Assembly (NCBI GenBank): GCA_005878835.1
Contig: VBMV01000058.1
Span: 9,148-73,147 of the forward strand
Reading direction: 5' to 3'
Source: Gammaproteobacteria bacterium
GTDB taxonomy: Bacteria; Pseudomonadota; Gammaproteobacteria; Steroidobacterales; Steroidobacteraceae
Length of the DNA stretch: 64,000 nt
Below, piece by piece: positions 29,667 to 43,636 of the stretch (position 1 is its first letter; the number at the start of each line of letters is the position of its first letter). The notes beneath the pieces were generated by a model that saw only the letters and a program-made list of their open reading frames with translations, did not search any database and was not told the origin of the DNA. Both the position numbers and the translations under genes were made by a program.

Positions 29667-30982
29667 CTGACAGGACGGTTCCTGCACGGGATGCCGGCCT
29701 GGTACGGGCGGTCGGGCCGATCGCGCTGGCTGCCGGCATTGTCAACAGTGTGGTGGCATCAGCCATATTCGTGGTCCCGGCCGCCGTGGCCGCGGCGGTG
29801 GGCACTTACGCGCCGCTTGCGGTGATCGCCTGCGCTGTCGCCATGGGCGCAGTTGTCGTTTGTTTCGCCGCGGGCGGGCGCCGCATCGCCACCAGCGGTG
29901 GACCCTACGGCTATATCCACAGCGCCTTTGGCCCGCTGGCCGGATGCGCTGCGGGCACCATGCTGTGGGTCAGCAATGTACTGGCGTGCGGGGCTATTGC
30001 CGCTGCGCTGGGCGATGTCATCGCGAGTCTCGGGCCGCATCCGCTGGCGGCGACCGTGCGGGTGGTCGTTGCGCTCGGAACTCTGGCGCTGGTTGCGGCG
30101 GTGAACATCGGCGGGGTGGTGTGGGGCGCACGCTTCGTCGCTATCGCAACGCCGCTGAAGCTCATCCCGCTGTTGGTCTTTCTGGCGGTCGGCATCGCCA
30201 GTTTAGCCGGGGGCAGCCACGCGCCGGCAGCGCCGGCCTCGATGCAGGGATTCGGGCGCGCGATGATCCTGGGCTTCTTTGCCTTCACGGGCTTCGAGAT
30301 TTCCCTGATCGCGAGTGGCGAGGTAGCGCAGCCGCGGCGCGCCATTCCGCTCGCCCTCTCGGTGGCGCTGGGGTTCGTGACGCTGCTGTACGTGGCGGTC
30401 CAGGTGGTGACGCAGGCGATGCTCGGAGCTGCGCTGGCCACCTCAGCGGCGCCGCTCGCGGATGCCATGGCAAAGGTTCATCCGGGGTTGCAGGTGCTGC
30501 TGCTGGCAGGGGCGTCGCTCTCGATGTTTGCCTTTCTGGGGAGTGACGTTCTGGGCACGCCCCGCATGCTGTTCGCTCTGGCGCGCGATGGCGTGCTGCC
30601 TGGCGCGCTCGGTCGCGTGCATCCGCGCACGCATGCCCCGCATGTTGCCATCATCTGTTATACGGGCATCGCCGCGCTGCTCGCGGTGACCGGGACGTTC
30701 GCAGAGCTGGTGGTCATGTCGACACTCACGGTCGCAGTGATCTACCTCGGCAGCTGTGCCGCAGTGTGGGTGTTGGTGCGGCGCGGCGCCGCGGCCGCCA
30801 CCGAGGCGCCAACGTCCCCGTGGTTGCGGGTGGCGGCGATCACGGGGATTGCCAGCATGCTCGTGGTGATGGCACTCGCGAGCTGGACGGAGATCGGGGG
30901 CCTTGCGGTGCTGCTGGCCCTGAGTGGCCTGGTCTACGGATTGCGATGGCGGCGTTTGAAGCCCGTGCCCGCCCTCCGGTAG
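29654..30982 (+). CDS. APC-family amino acid permease
   Basis: N-terminal region GIVNSVVASAIFVVPAA and SGGPYGYI, with about 12 TM segments. The start is uncertain; GTG at 29654 overlaps the TetR stop by 13 nt. Confidence 0.8.
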   Translation: MPQIADRTVPARDAGLVRAVGPIALAAGIVNSVVASAIFVVPAAVAAAVGTYAPLAVIACAVAMGAVVVCFAAGGRRIATSGGPYGYIHSAFGPLAGCAAGTMLWVSNVLACGAIAAALGDVIASLGPHPLAATVRVVVALGTLALVAAVNIGGVVWGARFVAIATPLKLIPLLVFLAVGIASLAGGSHAPAAPASMQGFGRAMILGFFAFTGFEISLIASGEVAQPRRAIPLALSVALGFVTLLYVAVQVVTQAMLGAALATSAAPLADAMAKVHPGLQVLLLAGASLSMFAFLGSDVLGTPRMLFALARDGVLPGALGRVHPRTHAPHVAIICYTGIAALLAVTGTFAELVVMSTLTVAVIYLGSCAAVWVLVRRGAAAATEAPTSPWLRVAAITGIASMLVVMALASWTEIGGLAVLLALSGLVYGLRWRRLKPVPALR

Positions 30983-31042
30983 CATCCCCACCCTGTTTGC
31001 GGCGCTTGCAGCGGCCGATAATCGTCCCCACATCGGCTCCTG

Positions 31043-32899
<1,857 letters not shown>

Positions 32900-32940
32900 A
32901 GAAAGCGCCGCAGCGACCACGCCGCGGCGCAGCAGGCCCG

Positions 32941-33381
32941 TTACCGGCCCGCCTGGGCTTTGCTCGACTGCGCCTCGAGGCGCAGATCCGCCTTCATGCG
33001 CTGGTAATCGACCCTGCGGATCTGCTCGATCGGGCAGCGCCACCGACCGGTGGTCACGGAATCGAAGCGTGAATAGACCGCTGCGCCGGTGGAGGTCAGT
33101 CCGATGCGGGTCGCGAACTGCAGGTTATCGCACGGTGGGCCCACCTTGAGGAGGTAGGCGTCGCTGACTCCAGTGAACACGACCAACTCGTCGCGGCCGA
33201 GCGGCTGCCAGCCGTCGTAGCGTCCGAGCCACGTAAAGTGATCGATCGGCTCGCCGGAGTAGGCGGCGAAGCGATCGCGCTCTTCCTGCTGGCTCTCGTG
33301 CAGGGGGATGCCGCTCGCACAGCCGGCAAGCAGGGCGAGGGCCGCCGATACTCCCGCAAGTCCCGAGTGCTTGTGCAACAT
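32941..33381 (-). CDS. Putative lipoprotein (resembles DUF6491 family)
   Basis: Signal peptide plus lipobox (ALALLAGCAS). ATG at 33381 is preceded by CAGGAGGA. Confidence 0.6.
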   Translation of the reverse strand: MLHKHSGLAGVSAALALLAGCASGIPLHESQQEERDRFAAYSGEPIDHFTWLGRYDGWQPLGRDELVVFTGVSDAYLLKVGPPCDNLQFATRIGLTSTGAAVYSRFDSVTTGRWRCPIEQIRRVDYQRMKADLRLEAQSSKAQAGR

Positions 33382-33488
33382 GCTGTCCTCCTGAGGGTGA
33401 AAGTCAGTTTCCTCCTGCGCTGTCTCCGACCCGCGCCCGGCGCGGAAGGTTCCCTTGGATCTGCGTGTTCCTGTGTGTTGCCGGACCG

Positions 33489-36443
33489 TCAACCGGCGGC
33501 GGCGTGCGGCGTTGCAGCGTGGGGGTCCGCCTCCGGCGCATCGCAGCCGCAGGTGAGCAGTGCCACCGGGAACTCGGCCAGGGCCTGCGCGGCCAGCAGG
33601 CCCACGCTCTCGCCCTGGCGCACCGGCGAGAGCTGCGCGCCGTCGAGGACACTGCGAAACGTCGCGCGCGAGCGCTCCTCGCGCGGCAGCTCGATGAGGG
33701 TCTCGCCCCACACGGCCTCCCCGAGGGGCAGTGCGCCCTCGTCACCGAGCAGGCGCCGGTACAGGCGCGGCGCGACGACCACGAGCGACTGCTGCCGCCA
33801 GCGGCGCGCGAAGGCGCACAGGTGCTGCGCCCGCACTCCCCGCACCCGCAGGCGCCGGTAGTCGCCGTCGCGAAACAGTTGCGGGTGCGCGCGCCGCAGC
33901 TGCAGGGTCTTCCAGGTGAGCAGCAGCTTGGCTCGCCCGTCCTCCATGTGCTGCGCGAGCGCACGCGGCGCGGTGCCGGGGTCGCCGTGCTGCAGCTCGG
34001 CCAACAGGGCGCGGCGGTGGCGGTAATCCACCGCGCGCCGATTGTCGGGATCGACCAGCGAGAAATCCCAGATCTCGTTCCCCTGGTAGATGTCGGGCAC
34101 CCCCGGTGCGGTCAGCTTGCACAGCGTCTGCGACAGGGAATTCAGCAGGCCGAAGCGCGCGACGCGCCGCTGGAACTCGATGAAGTCGCCGAGAAACAGG
34201 TTGTTGTCACGCGGCTCCAGCGCGCTGCGCACGAAATGCAGCAGCGCCTCCTCGTAGGGCGCGTCACTTTCGGTCCAGCTGGTGCGCAGCTTCGCCTCGC
34301 GCGCCGCCTTGATCATGTAGGCCTCGAGGCGCTCGCGATAGGCGGCGGCGCCCGCCGGGTCCGGCTCGGTCAGCGGCCAGGTGCCCACCAGGGTCTGATA
34401 GAAGTGGTACTCATCGTTGCGCGAGGGCGCCTGCCGTCCCTCCAGATCGCGCTTGCGCGAGCGGTTGATGCGGCTCCAGCGCCGCACGGCGTCGCGCCAC
34501 GGCGTGCTCATCTCCGAGAGCACGTTGAGCCGCGCGCGCACGTCCTCGGAGCGCTTGGTGTCGTGGGTGGAGGTGGCGAGCATCTCGTGCGGCCAATGGC
34601 GGACGCGGTACTCCGCGTCCGCGTGAAACGTGCGTACGCCGCCGCCGTAGTTGCCGGGCTCGCCGCCGACTTCGTTGAGCGACAGCAGGCGGTTGAAGCG
34701 ATACAGCGCGGTGTCCTCGATTCCCTTGCCGGTGATCGGCGCGGTGATCTGCTGGAACTTCATGGCGAAGGCACGTATGCGGCGCCGTAATTCATCGGTC
34801 GGCGCCGGCAGCTCCAGCAGCAGCGCCGCGCGCACGAAATCGAACACCGACGCCTCGGTCGCGGCGTGGCGGCGCCGGGCGGTGGCGATCGCCCATTCGA
34901 TGTAGCGCCGGTCGCTGTCGGCAACCGTTGCCGCGACGTAAGTGCGGTATACCGGGAAACAGGCGATGACTTCCGCGAGCGCGGTCCGCAGGCCGTTGTA
35001 AGTGAAGTCGCGCGTGCGCCGGTCGGCGCGGGCGATTCGCGCCAGCTGGTTGGTGGCGACGTTCAGTTCCGAGGCGAGCGAGCGGCGCAGCACCAGCTGC
35101 TGGCACTCGTACGCCACGTCCCGCCACTCGAGCGGCTCGTCGATGAACGCGCGGTACACGCGGTCCATGCGCGCGCGGGTGGCGGAATCCACCAGCATGC
35201 GGTTGACGACGTTGGCGAAGCGATAACCGGTCTCGCCGTGCACCGGCCAGTCCGACGGCAGGTGCTCGAATGAGGCGGTGATCTTCTCGACCACCAGATA
35301 CAGCGCCCGCGCGCCGCGCCGGCCGGTGACCGCGCCGATGCGCTCCTGCAGGCGACGGACATACCCGGCCGGGTCGTACAACCCGTCCGCATGATCGACG
35401 CGCAGACCGTCGATCATGCCCGCGCCGATCAGCTGCAGCACCAGGCGATGCGTGACTTCGAAGACCGCTTCGTTGTCGACCCGCAACGCCGCCAGGTCGT
35501 TCACATCGAAGAAGCGCCGGTAGTTGATGTCTTCGGCCGCGACGCGCCAGTAGGCGAGGTGATAGGCCTGCAGCTCCAGCAGCTCGTGCAGCGCATCGAA
35601 GCTCGCCGGCTCCGCCGCCGTGCCGCCGAAGCTGCGCACCGCCGCCTCGATCGCGGCGCCGACCTCGGGGTTGCCGGCGGCGAGTGCCGCGAGGCGCTGC
35701 TTGTGGCGCTCTTTCTCGCGGCAGCGCTCTGCCACCTGTTCGGGCGCGAGCGCCTGGCGGTCGGGCAGCTCCGCCAGCGCGCGCCGGATGTTCTCGAGCT
35801 CGGTGTTGGCGACCAGCGCCGCCACGCGATCGAGGATCCGTGGGTAGGTGCGCGGATCGAGCGGCAGGCGCTGCGACCGGTAATACACGGCGAAGGAGCC
35901 CGAGTGCGGCTCGAAGCGCAGCTCGAGCTCGCCGCGCTCGAGCACCGTGCCGTAGGGACCGGCAAGCACCGGCACCAGCACCTTGTGGGCGCGGTCCGGA
36001 TTGGACGGCGCCCAGTCGATGTCGAAGAAAGCCGCATATCCCGACGCCTCGCCGTTCTCCAGCACGTCCATCCACCAGGCGTTGTCGGCGCCCAGGATGC
36101 CGACGTGATTCGGCACGATGTCGAGGATGTGACCCATGCCGTGCGCGCGCAATGCCGCCACGAACAGCTCGAAATCATCGCGCTCACCGATCTCCGGGTT
36201 GAAGGAGTTGTGGTCGACCACGTCGTAGCCGTGCGTGCTGCCGGAGCGGGCGCGGAAATACGGCGAGCAGTACACGTGGCTGATGCCGAGCTGTGCCAGG
36301 TACGGAACGATCGCCGTGGCGTCGCGGAACGTGAAGCCGGCGTTGAGCTGCACCCGGTAGGTGGCGCGCGGGATGACGAGCTCGGCTGCGTCCAGGGCGT
36401 CCGCGCCGCGCCGCGCCGCGCCGCGCCGCTCAGCGCGATTCAC
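33489..36443 (-). CDS. treY: Malto-oligosyltrehalose synthase
   Basis: N-terminus ATYRVQLNAGFTFRDA...YLAQLGISHVYCSPYF...HGYDVVDH. The length and motifs are typical of TreY. I prefer GTG 36443, which forms a GTGA overlap with the treZ stop. ATG 36464 is the alternative. Confidence 0.93.
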   Translation of the reverse strand: MNRAERRGAARRGADALDAAELVIPRATYRVQLNAGFTFRDATAIVPYLAQLGISHVYCSPYFRARSGSTHGYDVVDHNSFNPEIGERDDFELFVAALRAHGMGHILDIVPNHVGILGADNAWWMDVLENGEASGYAAFFDIDWAPSNPDRAHKVLVPVLAGPYGTVLERGELELRFEPHSGSFAVYYRSQRLPLDPRTYPRILDRVAALVANTELENIRRALAELPDRQALAPEQVAERCREKERHKQRLAALAAGNPEVGAAIEAAVRSFGGTAAEPASFDALHELLELQAYHLAYWRVAAEDINYRRFFDVNDLAALRVDNEAVFEVTHRLVLQLIGAGMIDGLRVDHADGLYDPAGYVRRLQERIGAVTGRRGARALYLVVEKITASFEHLPSDWPVHGETGYRFANVVNRMLVDSATRARMDRVYRAFIDEPLEWRDVAYECQQLVLRRSLASELNVATNQLARIARADRRTRDFTYNGLRTALAEVIACFPVYRTYVAATVADSDRRYIEWAIATARRRHAATEASVFDFVRAALLLELPAPTDELRRRIRAFAMKFQQITAPITGKGIEDTALYRFNRLLSLNEVGGEPGNYGGGVRTFHADAEYRVRHWPHEMLATSTHDTKRSEDVRARLNVLSEMSTPWRDAVRRWSRINRSRKRDLEGRQAPSRNDEYHFYQTLVGTWPLTEPDPAGAAAYRERLEAYMIKAAREAKLRTSWTESDAPYEEALLHFVRSALEPRDNNLFLGDFIEFQRRVARFGLLNSLSQTLCKLTAPGVPDIYQGNEIWDFSLVDPDNRRAVDYRHRRALLAELQHGDPGTAPRALAQHMEDGRAKLLLTWKTLQLRRAHPQLFRDGDYRRLRVRGVRAQHLCAFARRWRQQSLVVVAPRLYRRLLGDEGALPLGEAVWGETLIELPREERSRATFRSVLDGAQLSPVRQGESVGLLAAQALAEFPVALLTCGCDAPEADPHAATPHAAAG

Positions 36444-38263
36444 GCCCCGCTCTCCAGCAGCCACAGGACGCTCCAGGGCGCAAGCTGTTCGCCGGCGAGC
36501 CCGGCGCCGGCGTCACCCTGGGTGGCGAAGATCACGCGGCCCGCGGCGCTGCCCACGCGCGGCGCCGCGGTCGCGCTGAGATTGGCGCTCAGGCGCAGCA
36601 GCTGCTCGCCCGCCGCCCACTCCACCGTGAAGGCCGCACCGTCTGCGCTGCGCGTGCAGCTTCCCGCGCGCAGGCCCGCAAGGAGCGGCGCGATCTCGCG
36701 GCGCCTGATCGCCAGCAACCGCCGGTGGTATTGCAGCGCCTGCGCGTGCCGCGGCTCCTCGAGGCGCCGCCAGTCGAGGCGCGCGCACGCGTAGGTGCTC
36801 GCCGCCGCCGGATCCGCGCTGCCCGGGAACTCGCGGTTGCGATGCGCACGCACGCGCGCCGCCAGCTGCGGCTCGAAGTCGCAGAACCACGGGAAGGGCT
36901 CGGTGGCCGCCCACTCCTCGCCCATGAACAGCAGCGGTGGCGCGGGCGCGAGCAGCAGCACCGCGGCCGCGGCGCGCAGCGCCGCCTCATCGGGCAGCAG
37001 AGCGCTGAGGCGCTCGCCGCGGGCTCGGTTGCCGATCTGGTCGTGGTTCTGCAGGAAGTTGACGAAGGCGCTGGGCGGCAGGTGCGCACTGCTCTCGCCA
37101 CGCGGCCGGCCCAGGTAGCCCGAGGGCTCGCCCTGGTAGGCGAAGCCCTGCGCCAGGGCGCGGCACAGGAGCGCCTGCGGCTGGCGCGCGTAGTCGGCGT
37201 AGTAACCGCCCGACTCGCCGCTCAGCAGCACGTGCAGGCAGTGGTGCGCGTCGTCGTTCCATTGCGCGTCGCAGGTCGCGGCAGCGCCCGCGGCGCCGAG
37301 AAAGCGCACGGCGTTGTCGAGGTTCTCGAGCGTGAGGTAGATCGGGCGGGTGCGGCCTGCGGCCGCACGCGCCGCGCGGGCGATCTGGCTGACGATGTGC
37401 GGTTCGCTCGCGTCGTAGACGGCGTGAATCGCATCCAGACGCAAGCCGTCGAAGTGGTATTCCTCGAGCCAGTAGAGCGCGTTGTGGATGAAGAACTCAC
37501 GCACCGTCGCACTGTCCGGTCCGTCAAAGTTGATCGCGGGACCCCAGGGGGTGACGTGCCGCTCGGTGAAGAATTGCGGCGCGTACCAGTGCAGGTAATT
37601 GCCCTCTGGGCCGAAGTGGTTGTAGACCACGTCGAGCAGCATCGCGAGGCCATGCCGATGGGCGGAGGCGATCAGGGCCTTCAGCTCCTGCGGCGTACCG
37701 TACGAGCCCTGCGGGGCATACGGCAGCACGCCGTCGTAGCCCCAGCCGCGGGTGCCGGGAAAAGCCGCCACCGGCATGAGCTCGACGGCCGTGACGCCGA
37801 GGCGCGCGAGGTGCTCGAGCCGTGCCGCCACCCCGGCAAAGGTACCCTCGGGACTGAAGGCTCCAACGTGCAACTCGTAGATGACCGCCTCGGGCCAGGG
37901 CGGGGCGCGCCACAGCGCGTCATCCCAGGCGAAGGCGCACGGATCGATGACCTCGCTCGGCCCGTGCACGCCCTCGGGGTTGCAGCGCGAGGCGGGATCG
38001 GCGACCTCGCGCACGCCATCGAGCCGATAGCGGTAGCGGCTGCCGGCGCGGGCCGCAGCGGTCTCGAGCTCGAACCACCCGCCGGGGAGCGAGCGCATCG
38101 CCAGCGGCTGCGTGCCGCCGCTGGGCTGCGTGCCGCCGCTGTCATAGAGGATCACATCGACCTGCCGCGCCGCCGGCGCCCACAGCCGAAAGCGCACCTC
38201 GCCCGCGGCGGTGAGCTGCGCCCCGAACGGCATGCGGTGCTGGCGCCGAATCTGAGGCTGCAT
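36440..38263 (-). CDS. treZ: Malto-oligosyltrehalose trehalohydrolase
   Basis: MPFGAQL...VRFRLWAP N-terminal domain and a GH13 core (GVTAVELMPV, LDVVYNH, DGLRLDA). The start could be 38263 or ATG 38233. Confidence 0.93.
   Translation of the reverse strand: MQPQIRRQHRMPFGAQLTAAGEVRFRLWAPAARQVDVILYDSGGTQPSGGTQPLAMRSLPGGWFELETAAARAGSRYRYRLDGVREVADPASRCNPEGVHGPSEVIDPCAFAWDDALWRAPPWPEAVIYELHVGAFSPEGTFAGVAARLEHLARLGVTAVELMPVAAFPGTRGWGYDGVLPYAPQGSYGTPQELKALIASAHRHGLAMLLDVVYNHFGPEGNYLHWYAPQFFTERHVTPWGPAINFDGPDSATVREFFIHNALYWLEEYHFDGLRLDAIHAVYDASEPHIVSQIARAARAAAGRTRPIYLTLENLDNAVRFLGAAGAAATCDAQWNDDAHHCLHVLLSGESGGYYADYARQPQALLCRALAQGFAYQGEPSGYLGRPRGESSAHLPPSAFVNFLQNHDQIGNRARGERLSALLPDEAALRAAAAVLLLAPAPPLLFMGEEWAATEPFPWFCDFEPQLAARVRAHRNREFPGSADPAAASTYACARLDWRRLEEPRHAQALQYHRRLLAIRRREIAPLLAGLRAGSCTRSADGAAFTVEWAAGEQLLRLSANLSATAAPRVGSAAGRVIFATQGDAGAGLAGEQLAPWSVLWLLESGA
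38106..38141. repeat. Perfect in-frame 18-bp tandem duplication inside treZ
   Basis: GGCTGCGTGCCGCCGCTG x2 on the plus strand, which encodes SGGTQP-SGGTQP near the TreZ N-terminus. Confidence 0.9.
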
Positions 38264-38275
38264 GGGCGGTCGATC

Positions 38276-41605
<3,330 letters not shown>

Positions 41606-41634
41606 GCGCTCCTTCGGTCCCTCCTGGCGCCGCC

Positions 41635-43527
41635 CTAATCCGGCGTCAGCACCACCACCGCCAGGGGCGGTAGCCGCACGTTCAGGGCGTAATCGTAGCC
41701 ATGGGCGCCGAGCGCCTCGGCCTCGAGCGCCCCGAGGTTGCCCTGGCCGCTGCCGCCGTAGTCGGCGGCGTCGCTGTTGAGGCGCTCGCGCCAGCGCCCG
41801 CCACGGGGCACGCCGATGCGGTATGCCGGGCGCGGCACCGGCGTGAAGTTGCAGGCCACCAGCGCCAGCTCGTCGCCCCTGCCCCGGCGCAGGAACGAGA
41901 TCACGCTCACGTCGGCGTCGTCGCAGTCGACCCAGCGGAAGCCGGCGTCGGAGAAGTCCAGCTGGTGCAGTGCCGGGGTGTTGCGATAGAGCTGGTTGAG
42001 ATCACGGACCCAGTGCCGCACGCCGGCATGCAACGGGTACTGCAGCACGTGCCACTCGAGACTCTCCTCGTGCTGCCACTCGCGCCGCTGCCCGAATTCC
42101 CCGCCCATGAACAACAGCTTCTTGCCCGGGTGGGTCCACATGTAGCCGAACAGCAGGCGCAGGCTCGCGAACTGCTGCCACTCGTCCCCGGGCATCTTGC
42201 CGATGAGCGAGCCCTTGCCGTGCACCACCTCGTCGTGCGACAGCGGCAGCACGAAGTTCTCGCTGAAGGCGTACCAGATGCTGAAGGTGAGGCGGCTGTG
42301 GTGATACTTGCGGTGCACGGGGTCCTGCTGGAAATACCTGAGGGTGTCGTGCATCCAGCCCATGTTCCACTTGAGCCCGAAGCCGAGGCCGCCGAGGTAG
42401 ATCGGGCGCGACACCATCGGCCAGGCGGTCGATTCCTCGGCGATGGTCTGAGTATCGGGGTGATCGCGATAAGCGGCGAGATTGAGCTGCTTGAGGAACT
42501 CCACCGCAGCGAGATTCTCGTGCCCGCCGAAGGCGTTGGGGATCCATTCGCCGGCGCGCCGCCCGTAATCCAGATACAGCATCGAGGCCACGGCATCCAC
42601 GCGCAGCGCGTCGATGTGGTAGATGTCGAGCCAGAACAGCGCGCTGCTGGCGAGGAAGTTGCGCACTTCGGCGCGGCCGTAGTTGAAGATGGAGCTGCTC
42701 CACTCCGGATGGAATCCCTGGCGCGGGTCGGCGTGCTCGTACAGGTGCGTGCCATCGAAGCGCGCCAGTCCATGCTCGTCGGTGGGGAAGTGCGACGGCA
42801 CCCAATCGAGGATCACGCCGATGCCGCGCTGGTGCAGGTGGTCGACCAGGTACATGAAGTCCTGCGGCGTGCCGTAGCGGCTGCTCGGGGCGAAGTAGCC
42901 GGTGACCTGGTAACCCCAGGAGCCGTAGAACGGATGCTCCATCACCGGCAGCAGCTCTACGTGCGTGAAGCCGAGCTCCGTCACGTAGTCCCCGAGCGCG
43001 TGCGCCAGCTCGCGGTAGTTGAGGAAGCGGTTGTGCTCTTGCGGCACGCGCCGCCAGGAGCCCGGGTGCAGCTCATAGATCGACCAGGGCGCGCCCAGTG
43101 CGTTGGCGTGTGCGCGGCGCCGCAGCCACTCGGCGTCCTGCCATTGATAGGCGAGCTCCCACACCACCGAGGCGGTGCGGGGCGGCAGCTCGGTGCGGAA
43201 CGCGTACGGGTCGGCCTTGTCGACCGCGAGGCCCGCCTGGCGCGAGGCGACGTGGTACTTGTAGAGCGTCCCCGGGCCCACACCGGCCACGACCCCTTCC
43301 CAGATTCCCGACGAGTCCGCTCGCGCGCTGAGCGGATGGCGATGACGGTCCCAGCCGTTGAAGTCACCGATGACCGTGACCGCGGCGGCGTTCGGCGCCC
43401 AGACGGCGAAGCGCGTGCCGTGAAGCGCACCTTCCGTGGCGCGTACCACGTGGGCTCCGAGCTTCTCGTACGCCCGGACGTAAGTGCCCTCGCGGAAGTG
43501 GTAGATGTCCTGTTCCGTCAGCAGCAC
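41635..43527 (-). CDS. glgB: 1,4-alpha-glucan branching enzyme
   Basis: Motifs [52 protein letters not shown] and HDEVVHGK. At 630 aa it is the short N-terminus form. Confidence 0.94.
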   Translation of the reverse strand: MLLTEQDIYHFREGTYVRAYEKLGAHVVRATEGALHGTRFAVWAPNAAAVTVIGDFNGWDRHRHPLSARADSSGIWEGVVAGVGPGTLYKYHVASRQAGLAVDKADPYAFRTELPPRTASVVWELAYQWQDAEWLRRRAHANALGAPWSIYELHPGSWRRVPQEHNRFLNYRELAHALGDYVTELGFTHVELLPVMEHPFYGSWGYQVTGYFAPSSRYGTPQDFMYLVDHLHQRGIGVILDWVPSHFPTDEHGLARFDGTHLYEHADPRQGFHPEWSSSIFNYGRAEVRNFLASSALFWLDIYHIDALRVDAVASMLYLDYGRRAGEWIPNAFGGHENLAAVEFLKQLNLAAYRDHPDTQTIAEESTAWPMVSRPIYLGGLGFGLKWNMGWMHDTLRYFQQDPVHRKYHHSRLTFSIWYAFSENFVLPLSHDEVVHGKGSLIGKMPGDEWQQFASLRLLFGYMWTHPGKKLLFMGGEFGQRREWQHEESLEWHVLQYPLHAGVRHWVRDLNQLYRNTPALHQLDFSDAGFRWVDCDDADVSVISFLRRGRGDELALVACNFTPVPRPAYRIGVPRGGRWRERLNSDAADYGGSGQGNLGALEAEALGAHGYDYALNVRLPPLAVVVLTPD

Positions 43528-43636
43528 GCGGGAAGTCTAGCAAGTCGCGTGCGGCTGTGCTGGCGGGTGGCCGCGAAGGGCCGAGTTGGGAGTTGCGGCG
43601 CGCGCCGCCGACGCGCCCACCGCGGCGGCGCGGGCT

